A stretch of DNA of 32,000 nt from Vibrio alginolyticus NBRC 15630 = ATCC 17749. GTDB taxonomy: Bacteria; Pseudomonadota; Gammaproteobacteria; Enterobacterales; Vibrionaceae. Positions 18,135 to 26,699 of the stretch are shown here, in pieces. The notes beneath the pieces are model-generated. The model had not been told where the DNA came from and did not search any database. It saw nothing but the letters and a program-made list of their open reading frames with translations. The first letter of the stretch is position 1. The number at the start of each line of letters is the position of its first letter. The DNA lies in the NCBI RefSeq assembly GCF_000354175.2, contig NC_022349.1, forward strand, positions 1,230,001-1,262,000. Reading direction: 5' to 3'. The translations under genes were made by a program, and so were the position numbers.

Positions 18135-19100
18135 TTATTGCATGCTTGTCGCACGTTCAACCACAGAACTTGGCAGCTTGATACCGAGCTTAGATGCTGC
18201 GCTTTCATTAATTACAAGGTCAGAGCCCGTCGCGACTTTTACATCTAGCTTGCCTGGTTCTTGACCATCAAGAATCGCCGCCACGTAATCCGCGGTTTGT
18301 ACACCAACCTGGTAGTAGTCAAAACCTAAGCCTGCAATTGCACCCTTTTCCACATACGACGTCGCGCCACCAAATACAGGTTTCTTCGCTTGATTCGCTG
18401 CCACAATCATCCCTTCAATCGCACTTGCAACTGTATTGTCTGTTGGGGCGTAAAGAATGTCTGATTTCGCTGCAATCGCTTGAGTCGCAGACTGAACATC
18501 AGCACTTTTTAGTGCGGTCGCTTCAACCACTTGTATGCCTTTTGCTTTTGCGCTTTCTTTTAGTAATTCAACTAAAGTCACGGCATTAGCTTCACCGGGA
18601 TTAAATACAACCCCGATGCTTTTCACCTGAGGAAGAATTTCTTGGATGAGATCGACATGCTGAGCAACGGGTGAAAGATCAGACAGGCCAGTTACGTTTT
18701 TGCCTGGTTGTTCCATCGACTTAACCAATTTCGCACCAACCGGATCTGTTACCGCAGTAAAGACAACAGGAATAGAGCGAGTAGCCGACACCAAGGCTTG
18801 TGCCGAAGGTGTCGCGATGCCAACTAACACATCAGGATTTTCGCCGACGTACTGACGGGCAATTTGCACCGCAATCGCTGGATTACCCTGTGCGGTCTTA
18901 TAATCAAATTCTAGATTTTTGCCTTCTTCGTAGCCTTTCGCTTTCAAACCATCAAGTAATCCTTGGCGCGTCGCGTCTAACGCCGGGTGTTCGACAATCT
19001 GTGAAACTGCGACAGTTGCAGTGGCGGCCAGTACATTGGTAGAAGAGAAAATAGCAGTAGCAGATAGAACGGCGGTGGCTAATAAACGTTTCGTTTTCAT
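18135..19100 (-). CDS. ABC transporter periplasmic substrate-binding protein (ABC_sub_bind/PF04392-like; substrate unknown)
   Basis: The track starts at 19145. AAGGAG sits just upstream of tandem ATGs at 19103 and 19100, and spacing favours 19100. The signal peptide is MKTKRLLATAVLSATAIFSSTNVLA. The mature protein resembles the family that KEGG labels 'putative tryptophan/tyrosine transport system' binding proteins; that comparison is from memory. Confidence 0.85.
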   Translation of the reverse strand: MKTKRLLATAVLSATAIFSSTNVLAATATVAVSQIVEHPALDATRQGLLDGLKAKGYEEGKNLEFDYKTAQGNPAIAVQIARQYVGENPDVLVGIATPSAQALVSATRSIPVVFTAVTDPVGAKLVKSMEQPGKNVTGLSDLSPVAQHVDLIQEILPQVKSIGVVFNPGEANAVTLVELLKESAKAKGIQVVEATALKSADVQSATQAIAAKSDILYAPTDNTVASAIEGMIVAANQAKKPVFGGATSYVEKGAIAGLGFDYYQVGVQTADYVAAILDGQEPGKLDVKVATGSDLVINESAASKLGIKLPSSVVERATSMQ

Positions 19101-19382
19101 CATAACTCCTTGATGTGACTTCGTCCTTGTTTCACGAGCTTTCAATATGTGTATCGACTCGTGAATTCAAATGTTTGAAGGCGGTATTGTTGTGTTCGTA
19201 TAACTGTGCACTTCTTGCGCATCTTGTTTTTATTATTACTACTAAGTCTTAGTAAAGAAAAGAAAGATTTAACACTAAAGCAACATTTGTGATCGGGGGG
19301 ACTTCTTCATCCGGAAAGAATCTTTGGTAAACAAAGCTTCGCTCGCTTCATCAACGACCGTCAAAGTAGGTAATAGAGGCAG

Positions 19383-19420
19383 GATCAAAAATGGAGCGGC
19401 CAGTGCACACTCCATTTCAA
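19383..19420 (-). terminator. Probable terminator of yfbV
   Basis: On the minus-strand RNA, aaauggagug pairs with cgcuccauuu (10 bp including one G-U, 9-nt loop), followed by UUGAU. The U-tract is partly inside the stem, so strength is moderate. Confidence 0.5.
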
Positions 19421-19430
19421 ACAATTTAAA

Positions 19431-19883
19431 TTAGAACCAACGCTCTAATGACGATTTATCGAGCTGGCGAAACGCTCGGTTCAGTATTATCGCAAGCTCT
19501 TTGTAACGAGGGCGAGCTTTGACAGGCTCTAATGCAAAACCTGTTTCCACAATTTTTTGATGCAACTCCCGATACCAAGAGGCCAAAGAAGGCGGCAATT
19601 TCGTGTTGGATCGAGCACCAAGCCACCAAATGCCTTGAAGTGGCAAGCTAATCGCAAACAAGGCGACAACAATGGATTGAGGTAACGCGTGGTAATTGTT
19701 GAATGCCATTTGAGTGAGTACGCTGATCGCAGCAACGGCCGGCATGACTTTAATGCCAAAGCGAGTCGCCTTAATGATACGCTGTTCCGGAAATATGGCG
19801 CTTAGCTCTTTACGAACCGGCCAGATCTCCATGTAATTCTGGCCATCTTTCAGGCTATGGATCAATCCGACTTTATTACTCAT
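19431..19883 (-). CDS. yfbV: UPF0208 inner-membrane protein YfbV
   Basis: 150 aa. Collinear with E. coli YfbV (…[15 protein letters not shown]… versus …LSLPMQGLWWLGKRS…; …[10 protein letters not shown]… versus …LKRAFKQLDK…). Divergent from ackA-pta, as in E. coli. Confidence 0.9.
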   Translation of the reverse strand: MSNKVGLIHSLKDGQNYMEIWPVRKELSAIFPEQRIIKATRFGIKVMPAVAAISVLTQMAFNNYHALPQSIVVALFAISLPLQGIWWLGARSNTKLPPSLASWYRELHQKIVETGFALEPVKARPRYKELAIILNRAFRQLDKSSLERWF

Positions 19884-20229
19884 ACCGCTCTCTCACTAAA
19901 AAATAGTTGAACATTTCAACTGAAGGTACAAAAAATTGATGAAAGTTAATATTCTTTCAAATTTTTTTTGTTATCATTGCTTATTATCGCTATCCTTTGC
20001 AGACCCTCAATCTCATTGTTGCTGTTATTTACAATTTAAGCAACTCCGAGATATCTATCTGCACGGATCGCATCATAGTGATGGAAGGGTTCATCACTAT
20101 TTCTTTATATGGAATTAGAACAATTTTTGACCAGGATTAGTACGCAGCCTTCTGGGTATCGGCTATTCTTGTGATTAATTTTTCATTCTTTAACTGATTT
20201 TTTATCAGACGAATAACAGGTAGTCATAC

Positions 20230-21426
20230 ATGTCTAAGCTAGTTTTAGTTTTAAACTGCGGTAGTTCTTCTCTTAAATTTGCCGTTGTTGATGCCGAGAA
20301 CGGCGACGAGCACTTGTCAGGTCTTGCTGAGTGTCTTCACCTTCCTGAAGCTCGCATCAAGTGGAAACTTGATGGCAAGCACGAAGCTCAACTAGGCAAT
20401 GGTGCAGCTCACGAAGAAGCACTAGCGTTTATGGTAGAAACTATTCTTGCTTCTAAGCCAGAGCTTAAAGCTAACCTAGGCGCAATCGGTCACCGTATCG
20501 TTCACGGCGGCGAGCAGTTCACTCAATCTGCACTAATTACTGATGAAGTTCTAAAAGGTATTCAAGACGCTGCAACATTTGCACCTCTTCATAACCCTGC
20601 TCACATCATCGGTATCGAAGCGGCTAAGAAAAACTTCCCAGAGCTGAAAAACGTTGCTGTATTTGACACTGCGTTCCACCAAACTATGCCTGAAGAGTCT
20701 TACCTATACGCTCTTCCATACAACCTATACAAAGAACACGGTATCCGTCGTTACGGCATGCACGGTACTTCTCACTTGTTCATCACTCGTGAAGTTGCAG
20801 GCCTACTAAACAAACCAGTTGAAGAAGTAAACATCATCAACTGTCACCTAGGTAACGGCGCATCTGTATGTGCGATCAAGAACGGTCAATCTGTAGACAC
20901 TTCTATGGGTCTTACTCCACTTGAAGGTCTAGTAATGGGTACTCGCTGTGGCGACATCGACCCTGCTATCGTCTTCCACCTACACGACGCTCTAGGTTAC
21001 TCTGTTGATCAAATCAACACGATGCTAACTAAAGAGTCTGGTCTTCAAGGTCTAACTGAAGTGACTTCTGACTGTCGTTTCGTTGAAGACAACTACGGTC
21101 AAAAAGAAGAAGCAACACGCGCAATGGACGTGTTCTGCCACCGTCTAGCTAAATACGTTGCTGGCTACACTGCTTCAATGGAAGGCCGTCTAGACGCAAT
21201 CACTTTCACTGGCGGTATCGGCGAGAACTCTGGCCCTATCCGTGAAATGGTTCTAAACCGTCTTGGCATCTTCGGTATCGAAGTAGATAGCGAAGCTAAC
21301 CTTAAAGCTCGCTTCGGCGGCGAAGGCGTTATCACGACTGAAAACAGCCGTATCCCTGCAATGGTTATCTCTACTAACGAAGAGCTAGTCATCGCTGAAG
21401 ACACTGCTCGCCTGACAGGTCTTTAA
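20230..21426 (+). CDS. ackA: Acetate kinase
   Basis: 398 aa. [19 protein letters not shown]… and the remaining acetate-kinase signature blocks are present. Immediately upstream of pta. Confidence 0.98.
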   Translation: MSKLVLVLNCGSSSLKFAVVDAENGDEHLSGLAECLHLPEARIKWKLDGKHEAQLGNGAAHEEALAFMVETILASKPELKANLGAIGHRIVHGGEQFTQSALITDEVLKGIQDAATFAPLHNPAHIIGIEAAKKNFPELKNVAVFDTAFHQTMPEESYLYALPYNLYKEHGIRRYGMHGTSHLFITREVAGLLNKPVEEVNIINCHLGNGASVCAIKNGQSVDTSMGLTPLEGLVMGTRCGDIDPAIVFHLHDALGYSVDQINTMLTKESGLQGLTEVTSDCRFVEDNYGQKEEATRAMDVFCHRLAKYVAGYTASMEGRLDAITFTGGIGENSGPIREMVLNRLGIFGIEVDSEANLKARFGGEGVITTENSRIPAMVISTNEELVIAEDTARLTGL

Positions 21427-21434
21427 TTGAATTC

Positions 21435-21468
21435 CTGGCTAGCCACTCGGCTAGCCAGATTTTCATTC
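21435..21468 (+). terminator. Terminator/attenuator hairpin after ackA
   Basis: A perfect GC-rich 10-bp stem pairs ctggctagcc (21435-21444) with ggctagccag (21449-21458) around a 4-nt loop, followed by ATTTTCATTC. Confidence 0.5.
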
Positions 21469-21485
21469 AAACGAATTTCTTAGGG

Positions 21486-21534
21486 GCTCAACTCCTATTC
21501 TTCGAGCTTCATGGAATAAGAGTTGAGCTTTTAT
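21486..21534 (+). terminator. Second long hairpin in the ackA-pta spacer
   Basis: gctcaactcctattc (21486-21500) pairs with gaataagagttgagc (21514-21528) at 14 of 15 positions around a 13-nt loop. TTTTAT follows. The structure ends 34 nt before the pta ATG. Confidence 0.35.
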
Positions 21535-21562
21535 CCCCCAAATAGCTAAAGGTACTCTACGA

Positions 21563-23707
21563 ATGTCTCGTACTATTATGCTTATCCCTACTAGCGCAGG
21601 CGTTGGCCTAACAAGCGTTAGCATGGGTGTTCTTCGCGCTATGGAGCGTAAAGGCGTTAAAGTTTCTTTCTACAAGCCAATCTGTCAGCCACGTTCAGGT
21701 GGTGATCAGCCAGATCTGACTTCAACTATCGTTGGTCGTAACAGCGATATGAAGATCGGTGAACCAATGGCGATGTCTGTTGCTGAAAGCCTAATCGGTA
21801 ACGACAACATGGACGAGCTGCTAGAAACCGTTGTTGAACGTTACAACCAAATCAACAAAGACGCAGACGTTACGCTAATCGAAGGTCTTGTACCTACTCG
21901 TAAGCACCCATTTGCAAACCAAGTAAACGCGGAAATCGCGGCAACACTTGGTGCAGAAATCGTGCTAGTTGCGACTCCAGGTACTGATAACCCTGCGCAA
22001 CTGAAAGAGCGTATCGAAGTAGCATGTTCTAACTTCGGCGGCACTAAAAACAAAAACATCTCTGGTGTTATCATCAACAAGCTAAACGCTCCTGTTGACG
22101 AAGCTGGCCGTACTCGCCCTGACCTATCTGAAATCTTTGACGATGCAGACAGCGCGAAACAAAACGAATTGAAAGTGATGGAAATTTTTAACACTTCTCC
22201 AATTCGTGTACTAGGTTGTGTGCCATGGAGCATTGATCTGATTGCGACTCGTGCAATCGACATGGCTAAACACCTGAAAGCAGATATCATCAACGAAGGT
22301 GACATCAACACTCGTCGCATCAAGAGCATCACTTTCTGTGCGCGTTCTCTGCCAAACATGATTGAGCACTTCAAACCGGGCTCTCTACTTGTTACTTCTG
22401 CAGACCGTCCTGATGTTATCGTTGCTGCTTCTCTTGCTGCAATGAACGGTGTGGATATTGGTGCAGTACTACTAACTGGCGGTTACGATATCCCTAGCGA
22501 AATCGAAGGCCTATGTAAACCAGCATTCGACACTGGTCTACCTATCTTCAAAGCACAAGGTAACACTTGGCAAACGTCTCTAAACCTACAGAGCTTCAGC
22601 ATCGAAGTACCTGCAGACGATAAAGAGCGTATCGAGTTCATCAACGAACACGTTGCTGGCCACATCGACGGTAACTGGATCGAGTCTATGACTGAAGGCA
22701 CTCAGAAGTCTCGTCGTCTAAGCCCACCAGCGTTCCGTTACCAGCTAACTGAACTTGCTCGTAAAGCAGGTAAGCGTATCGTTCTTCCAGAAGGTGACGA
22801 ACCACGCACAGTTAAAGCAGCGGCAATCTGTGCTGAACGCGGCATTGCAGACTGTGTACTTCTAGGTAACCCAGATGAAATCCGTCGCGTAGCGGCTCAA
22901 CAAGGCGTTGAGCTAGGTACTGGTGTAACCATCATCGATGCAGATGCTGTTCGTGAAAACTACGTTGCTCGCCTAGTTGAGTTGCGCGGTGCGAAAGGCA
23001 TGACTGAAGTTGTGGCTCGTGAGAAGCTACAAGATTCAGTATTCCTAGGCACAATGATGCTTGAGAACGACGAAGTTGACGGCCTAGTTTCTGGTGCTGT
23101 TCACACTACGGCGAACACTATCGTTCCTCCGTTCCAAATCATCAAGACGGCACCAAATGCGTCTATCGTATCTTCAGTATTCTTCATGCTTCTGCCTGAT
23201 CAAGTACTGGTTTACGGTGACTGTGCAATCAACCCAGATCCAACTGCTGAACAGCTTGCTGAAATCGCTATCCAATCTGCTGACTCTGCAGCAGCATTCG
23301 GTATCGAACCACGCGTTGCAATGATCTCTTACTCTACTGGTGAATCTGGTAAGGGTGCAGACGTTGATAAAGTACGTGAAGCAACAAAACTGGCTCAAGA
23401 GAAACGTCCTGATCTTATCATTGACGGTCCTCTACAATACGACGCTGCTATTATGGAAAACGTTGCTGCTTCTAAAGCACCAAACTCTCCAGTTGCAGGT
23501 AAAGCGACAGTATTTGTATTCCCAGACCTAAACACGGGTAACACGACTTACAAAGCGGTACAACGTTCAGCTGACCTAGTATCTATCGGTCCAATGCTGC
23601 AAGGTATGCGTAAGCCTGTAAACGACTTGTCTCGTGGCGCGCTAGTAGACGACATCGTGTACACCATCGCTCTAACAGCTATCCAAGCAGACCAAGAAGC
23701 TAAATAA
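21563..23707 (+). CDS. pta: Phosphate acetyltransferase (long form, with N-terminal regulatory domains)
   Basis: 714 aa with the E. coli-type architecture. The C-terminal PTA_PTB catalytic domain includes …[10 protein letters not shown]…, …[11 protein letters not shown]… and …[16 protein letters not shown]…. Confidence 0.98.
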   Translation: MSRTIMLIPTSAGVGLTSVSMGVLRAMERKGVKVSFYKPICQPRSGGDQPDLTSTIVGRNSDMKIGEPMAMSVAESLIGNDNMDELLETVVERYNQINKDADVTLIEGLVPTRKHPFANQVNAEIAATLGAEIVLVATPGTDNPAQLKERIEVACSNFGGTKNKNISGVIINKLNAPVDEAGRTRPDLSEIFDDADSAKQNELKVMEIFNTSPIRVLGCVPWSIDLIATRAIDMAKHLKADIINEGDINTRRIKSITFCARSLPNMIEHFKPGSLLVTSADRPDVIVAASLAAMNGVDIGAVLLTGGYDIPSEIEGLCKPAFDTGLPIFKAQGNTWQTSLNLQSFSIEVPADDKERIEFINEHVAGHIDGNWIESMTEGTQKSRRLSPPAFRYQLTELARKAGKRIVLPEGDEPRTVKAAAICAERGIADCVLLGNPDEIRRVAAQQGVELGTGVTIIDADAVRENYVARLVELRGAKGMTEVVAREKLQDSVFLGTMMLENDEVDGLVSGAVHTTANTIVPPFQIIKTAPNASIVSSVFFMLLPDQVLVYGDCAINPDPTAEQLAEIAIQSADSAAAFGIEPRVAMISYSTGESGKGADVDKVREATKLAQEKRPDLIIDGPLQYDAAIMENVAASKAPNSPVAGKATVFVFPDLNTGNTTYKAVQRSADLVSIGPMLQGMRKPVNDLSRGALVDDIVYTIALTAIQADQEAK

Positions 23708-23739
23708 TCGCTTCTGACATCTAGTTGGATATAGATACA

Positions 23740-23768
23740 AAGCCCTCGATTCGTCGAGGGCTTTTTCT
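23740..23768 (+). terminator. Rho-independent terminator of pta
   Basis: A perfect 9-bp stem pairs agccctcga (23741-23749) with tcgagggct (23754-23762) around a TTCG loop, followed by TTTTCT. Confidence 0.8.
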
Positions 23769-24051
23769 ATTGCTGGCCAGAACACTTATTTGTTTTTTAT
23801 ACCAATCACTGCACAACCTATAATTACTGGTGCACAAAGCTTTTCTCCCTATCGCCCCCCCATACCTAATCGACATTGCTCGTGCTTGTTCTTACACCGA
23901 TTGACCCACTCCCAAAAAATGCATTGGCTCCAAAGCAGCACGGTCCCTGTTCAATTTATCGACATTATTTACGTTTTAGCTAAACTTTTTTGCTAGGAAA
24001 TACGTAAAAGCTACTGCAATGCACAAACTCATTGACTGCTAAGGAATATAT

Positions 24052-24474
24052 ATGAAGGATTTCATCAATACATCACTGATAAAGTTTGGTTTAGCTGCGT
24101 TTCTGATTAGTTTTTCTTCATTCAGCTTTTCCGCCCCGAGTATTAAAGGCGTCGATCAAGATATGTCCGGAGGAACGGTGACCGCTGAAATGGCTCATGC
24201 TGATGACAATGGGTGGATGGTTGTCCACCGAACAGACGAATCAATGAAGCCTGGTCCTGTTATCGGCTACGCTCCGTTAAAAATGGGAAAGAATGAAAAC
24301 GTAAATGCAATTTTGATGGAACCAGTAGAATCAGGCGATATGCTGATGTTAATGGTCCACGGAGAGAAAGGTGGCATGAAGACTGGTGTGTTTGAGTATA
24401 CGCTCGGCGCTAAAGAGGACGGTCCTGTAAAAGTGGACGGAAAGCTAGTGATGGACATCGTACGCGCTAAGTAA
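24052..24474 (+). CDS. Small secreted hypothetical protein, Met-rich
   Basis: 140 aa with AAGGAA upstream of the ATG. The N-terminal signal peptide is …LAAFLISFSSFSFSA|PS. The ~112-aa mature part contains 11 Met and 3 His. A terminator follows at 24527-24565. Confidence 0.65.
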   Translation: MKDFINTSLIKFGLAAFLISFSSFSFSAPSIKGVDQDMSGGTVTAEMAHADDNGWMVVHRTDESMKPGPVIGYAPLKMGKNENVNAILMEPVESGDMLMLMVHGEKGGMKTGVFEYTLGAKEDGPVKVDGKLVMDIVRAK

Positions 24475-24526
24475 GGTGGCGATGAATGAAAAAGTAAACT
24501 TCCTACTCCCGGTATTTAGATGACAC

Positions 24527-24565
24527 AAAAGTACTTAACGGCATTGCTAACCGTTAAGTACTTTT
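24527..24565. terminator. Bidirectional terminator between the secreted-protein gene and yqjG
   Basis: A perfect 15-bp stem pairs aaaagtacttaacgg (24527-24541) with ccgttaagtactttt (24551-24565) around a 9-nt loop. A/T runs at both ends. Confidence 0.75.
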
Positions 24566-24588
24566 TCATTTGCGATGGAAGCAGCAAA

Positions 24589-25536
24589 CTAGCCAATCCT
24601 TTCTCTTCCATGAGGAGTATTTAGGTCTAAATCAGGCCCTTTTGGTACAACTTGCGTCGGATTAATCCCAGTGTGGCTGAAGTAGTAGTGGCGTTTAATG
24701 TGATAGAAATCCGTCGTTTCTTCGACGCCTTTTACTTGATACAACTCTTTTAAGTAGCCTTGTATATTTTCGTAGTCTGCGATGCGCTGCTTGTTACACT
24801 TGAAATGCCCCACATACACCGCATCAAAACGAATAAGAGTCGTAAACAAACGCCAATCCGCCTCAGTAATTGTGTTCCCTGCTAAGTAACGATGCGTAGC
24901 TAGGTGAGCATCGATTTTATCTAACGCATTAAACAAAGAATCAAACGCTTCTTCATACGCCTCTTGCGTAGTCGCGAAGCCACAACGATACACTCCGTTG
25001 TTGACATTCGGATAAACAAAATCGTTCCACTCATCAATAACGTGTTTTAGATGTTCTGGATAGTAGTCGTCGCGATTCCCTGTTAACGCATTGAACTCCG
25101 AGTTAAACATACGAATGATCTCTGACGACTCGTTCGACACAATAGTATTGGTCTTTTTATCCCAAAGTACAGGCACGGTTACGCGGCCCGTGTAATCGGG
25201 TTTGGCCTGCGTGTAAATTTGATACATGCGCGTGTGACCAAACAATGGCTCAGGAAGCCCCATTTGCCAACCTTGGCTGAGCATATCAGGGCAAACGACC
25301 GTGACATCAATATGTGGTTCTAAACCTTTCAGCTTGCGGAAAATGAGGGTTCGATGTGCCCACGGACAAGCAAGAGAGACATACAAATGGTATCGACCGG
25401 ACTCTGGTGTAAACTCCGCATCAGGGTCGTTTTTAACCCAGTTACGGAATCCGGCATCTTCGCGCACAAATTTGCCACCATTTGATTTTGTGTCATACCA
25501 GACATCTTGCCAAACACCTTCAACCAACTTACCCAT
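24589..25536 (-). CDS. yqjG: Glutathionyl-hydroquinone reductase (Xi-class GST), YqjG-like
   Basis: 315 aa. Catalytic CPWAHR motif (YVSLACPWAHRTLIFRKLKGLE). Collinear with E. coli YqjG (MGKLVEGVWQDVWYDTKSNGGKF… versus MGQLIDGVWHDTWYDTKSTGGKF…). Confidence 0.9.
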   Translation of the reverse strand: MGKLVEGVWQDVWYDTKSNGGKFVREDAGFRNWVKNDPDAEFTPESGRYHLYVSLACPWAHRTLIFRKLKGLEPHIDVTVVCPDMLSQGWQMGLPEPLFGHTRMYQIYTQAKPDYTGRVTVPVLWDKKTNTIVSNESSEIIRMFNSEFNALTGNRDDYYPEHLKHVIDEWNDFVYPNVNNGVYRCGFATTQEAYEEAFDSLFNALDKIDAHLATHRYLAGNTITEADWRLFTTLIRFDAVYVGHFKCNKQRIADYENIQGYLKELYQVKGVEETTDFYHIKRHYYFSHTGINPTQVVPKGPDLDLNTPHGRERIG

Positions 25537-25648
25537 GATTGCTCTCCTCTCGTTCTGTTTGTGTCTATATTAGCGTTTCCTATCAAACAGAGAATCATCG
25601 AACTTAGGACATCATGTTCAAGAAATTCGAATGTATAAATCAGACACA

Positions 25649-25682
25649 TAAAAAAAGCGCGACCCGATGAAGGTGTCGCGCT
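25649..25682 (-). terminator. Rho-independent terminator of the opp operon
   Basis: The stem pairs agcgcgac (25656-25663) with gtcgcgct (25675-25682). On the minus strand it is followed by TTTTTTTATG. Confidence 0.75.
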
Positions 25683-25703
25683 TAAGCCCGTCACAGGCTG
25701 AAT

Positions 25704-26699
25704 TTATACACTAACGTGTAAACAAGATACCGCGTGAACGTCATTACCTAAAATGGTTGGCTTCGTCTTCGCACACTCTTCGGTTGCTTGTGGGCAACGA
25801 GTGCGGAATACACAACCCGACGGTGGGTTGATAGGTGAAGGAAGATCACCCTCTAGCATTTGGATTTTCTTATTGCGCTCAATATCCGGGTCCGGGATCG
25901 GAACCGCAGACATCAGCGCACGCGTATATGGGTGCTTAGGATCAGCAAACAGAGCCTCGGCCTCGCCAAGTTCCACGGCATTACCTAAATACATAACTAA
26001 AACGCGATCTGAAATGTGTTTAACGACAGACAAGTCATGCGCAATGAATACCAGAGAAAGCCCTAACTCTTTTTGAATCTCTTTAAGCAGGTTAACAACC
26101 TGAGCTTGAATAGATACATCAAGCGCCGATACTGGCTCGTCACAAATGATCATCTTAGGCTTAAGGATAAGCGCACGCGCTATCCCGATACGCTGACACT
26201 GACCACCCGAGAATTCGTGTGGGTAGCGGTTAATCACGTTAGGTAATAGGCCAACTTTCGCCATCATCTCTTTAACGCGATCTTTCACTTCCTGCTTAGA
26301 CAGTTCTGGATAGAATGTCTCAAGAGGTTCAGCAATGATATCACCAACAGTCATACGCGGATTCAGCGATGCCAATGGGTCTTGGAAAATCATCTGAATT
26401 TCTTTACGCGTCTCACGGCGCTGAACGCTTTTCATTTTAGTAAGGTCTTGACCCAACCAAACTACTTGGCCGTCAGTAGCTTCAACCAGACCAATGATGG
26501 CACGAGCAAACGTCGATTTACCACAACCTGATTCACCTACTACACCAAGCGTTTCCCCTTCGTATAGTCGAACGTTCACGCCATCTACCGCTTTCAGGCT
26601 CGAAGGCTTTGACCACGGCCATGCCGACTTTGAGGCAATGCTGAAGTGAACTTTCAGCTCAGAAATGTCCAGAATTAGTTTTTTGTCTACTGCGTTCAT
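25704..26699 (-). CDS. oppF: Oligopeptide ABC transporter ATP-binding protein OppF
   Basis: The track starts at 26717. The ATG at 26699 overlaps the oppD stop in ATGA (26696-26699). 331 aa. Walker A GESGCGKST, signature FSGGQCQR and Walker B MIICDEPVSALD, plus a C-terminal Cys-rich oligopeptide-type extension. Confidence 0.93.
   Translation of the reverse strand: MNAVDKKLILDISELKVHFSIASKSAWPWSKPSSLKAVDGVNVRLYEGETLGVVGESGCGKSTFARAIIGLVEATDGQVVWLGQDLTKMKSVQRRETRKEIQMIFQDPLASLNPRMTVGDIIAEPLETFYPELSKQEVKDRVKEMMAKVGLLPNVINRYPHEFSGGQCQRIGIARALILKPKMIICDEPVSALDVSIQAQVVNLLKEIQKELGLSLVFIAHDLSVVKHISDRVLVMYLGNAVELGEAEALFADPKHPYTRALMSAVPIPDPDIERNKKIQMLEGDLPSPINPPSGCVFRTRCPQATEECAKTKPTILGNDVHAVSCLHVSV

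Noticed and set aside
19905-19921. FNR or CRP site assignment for the TTGAA-CAT-TTCAA palindrome
   Set aside because: The half-site spacing does not fit FNR (TTGAT-N4-ATCAA) or CRP (TGTGA-N6-TCACA). It is reported only as an unassigned palindrome.
23790-23996. 68-aa ORF in the pta downstream spacer
   Set aside because: It has a non-ATG start, no SD and a Pro/Ser/His-rich improbable sequence, and it begins inside the terminator's T-tract region. I treat it as non-coding.
25329-25694. 121-aa minus-strand ORF spanning the yqjG 5' end and upstream spacer
   Set aside because: It overlaps yqjG out of frame and runs through the opp terminator. It has no SD and no recognisable motifs.
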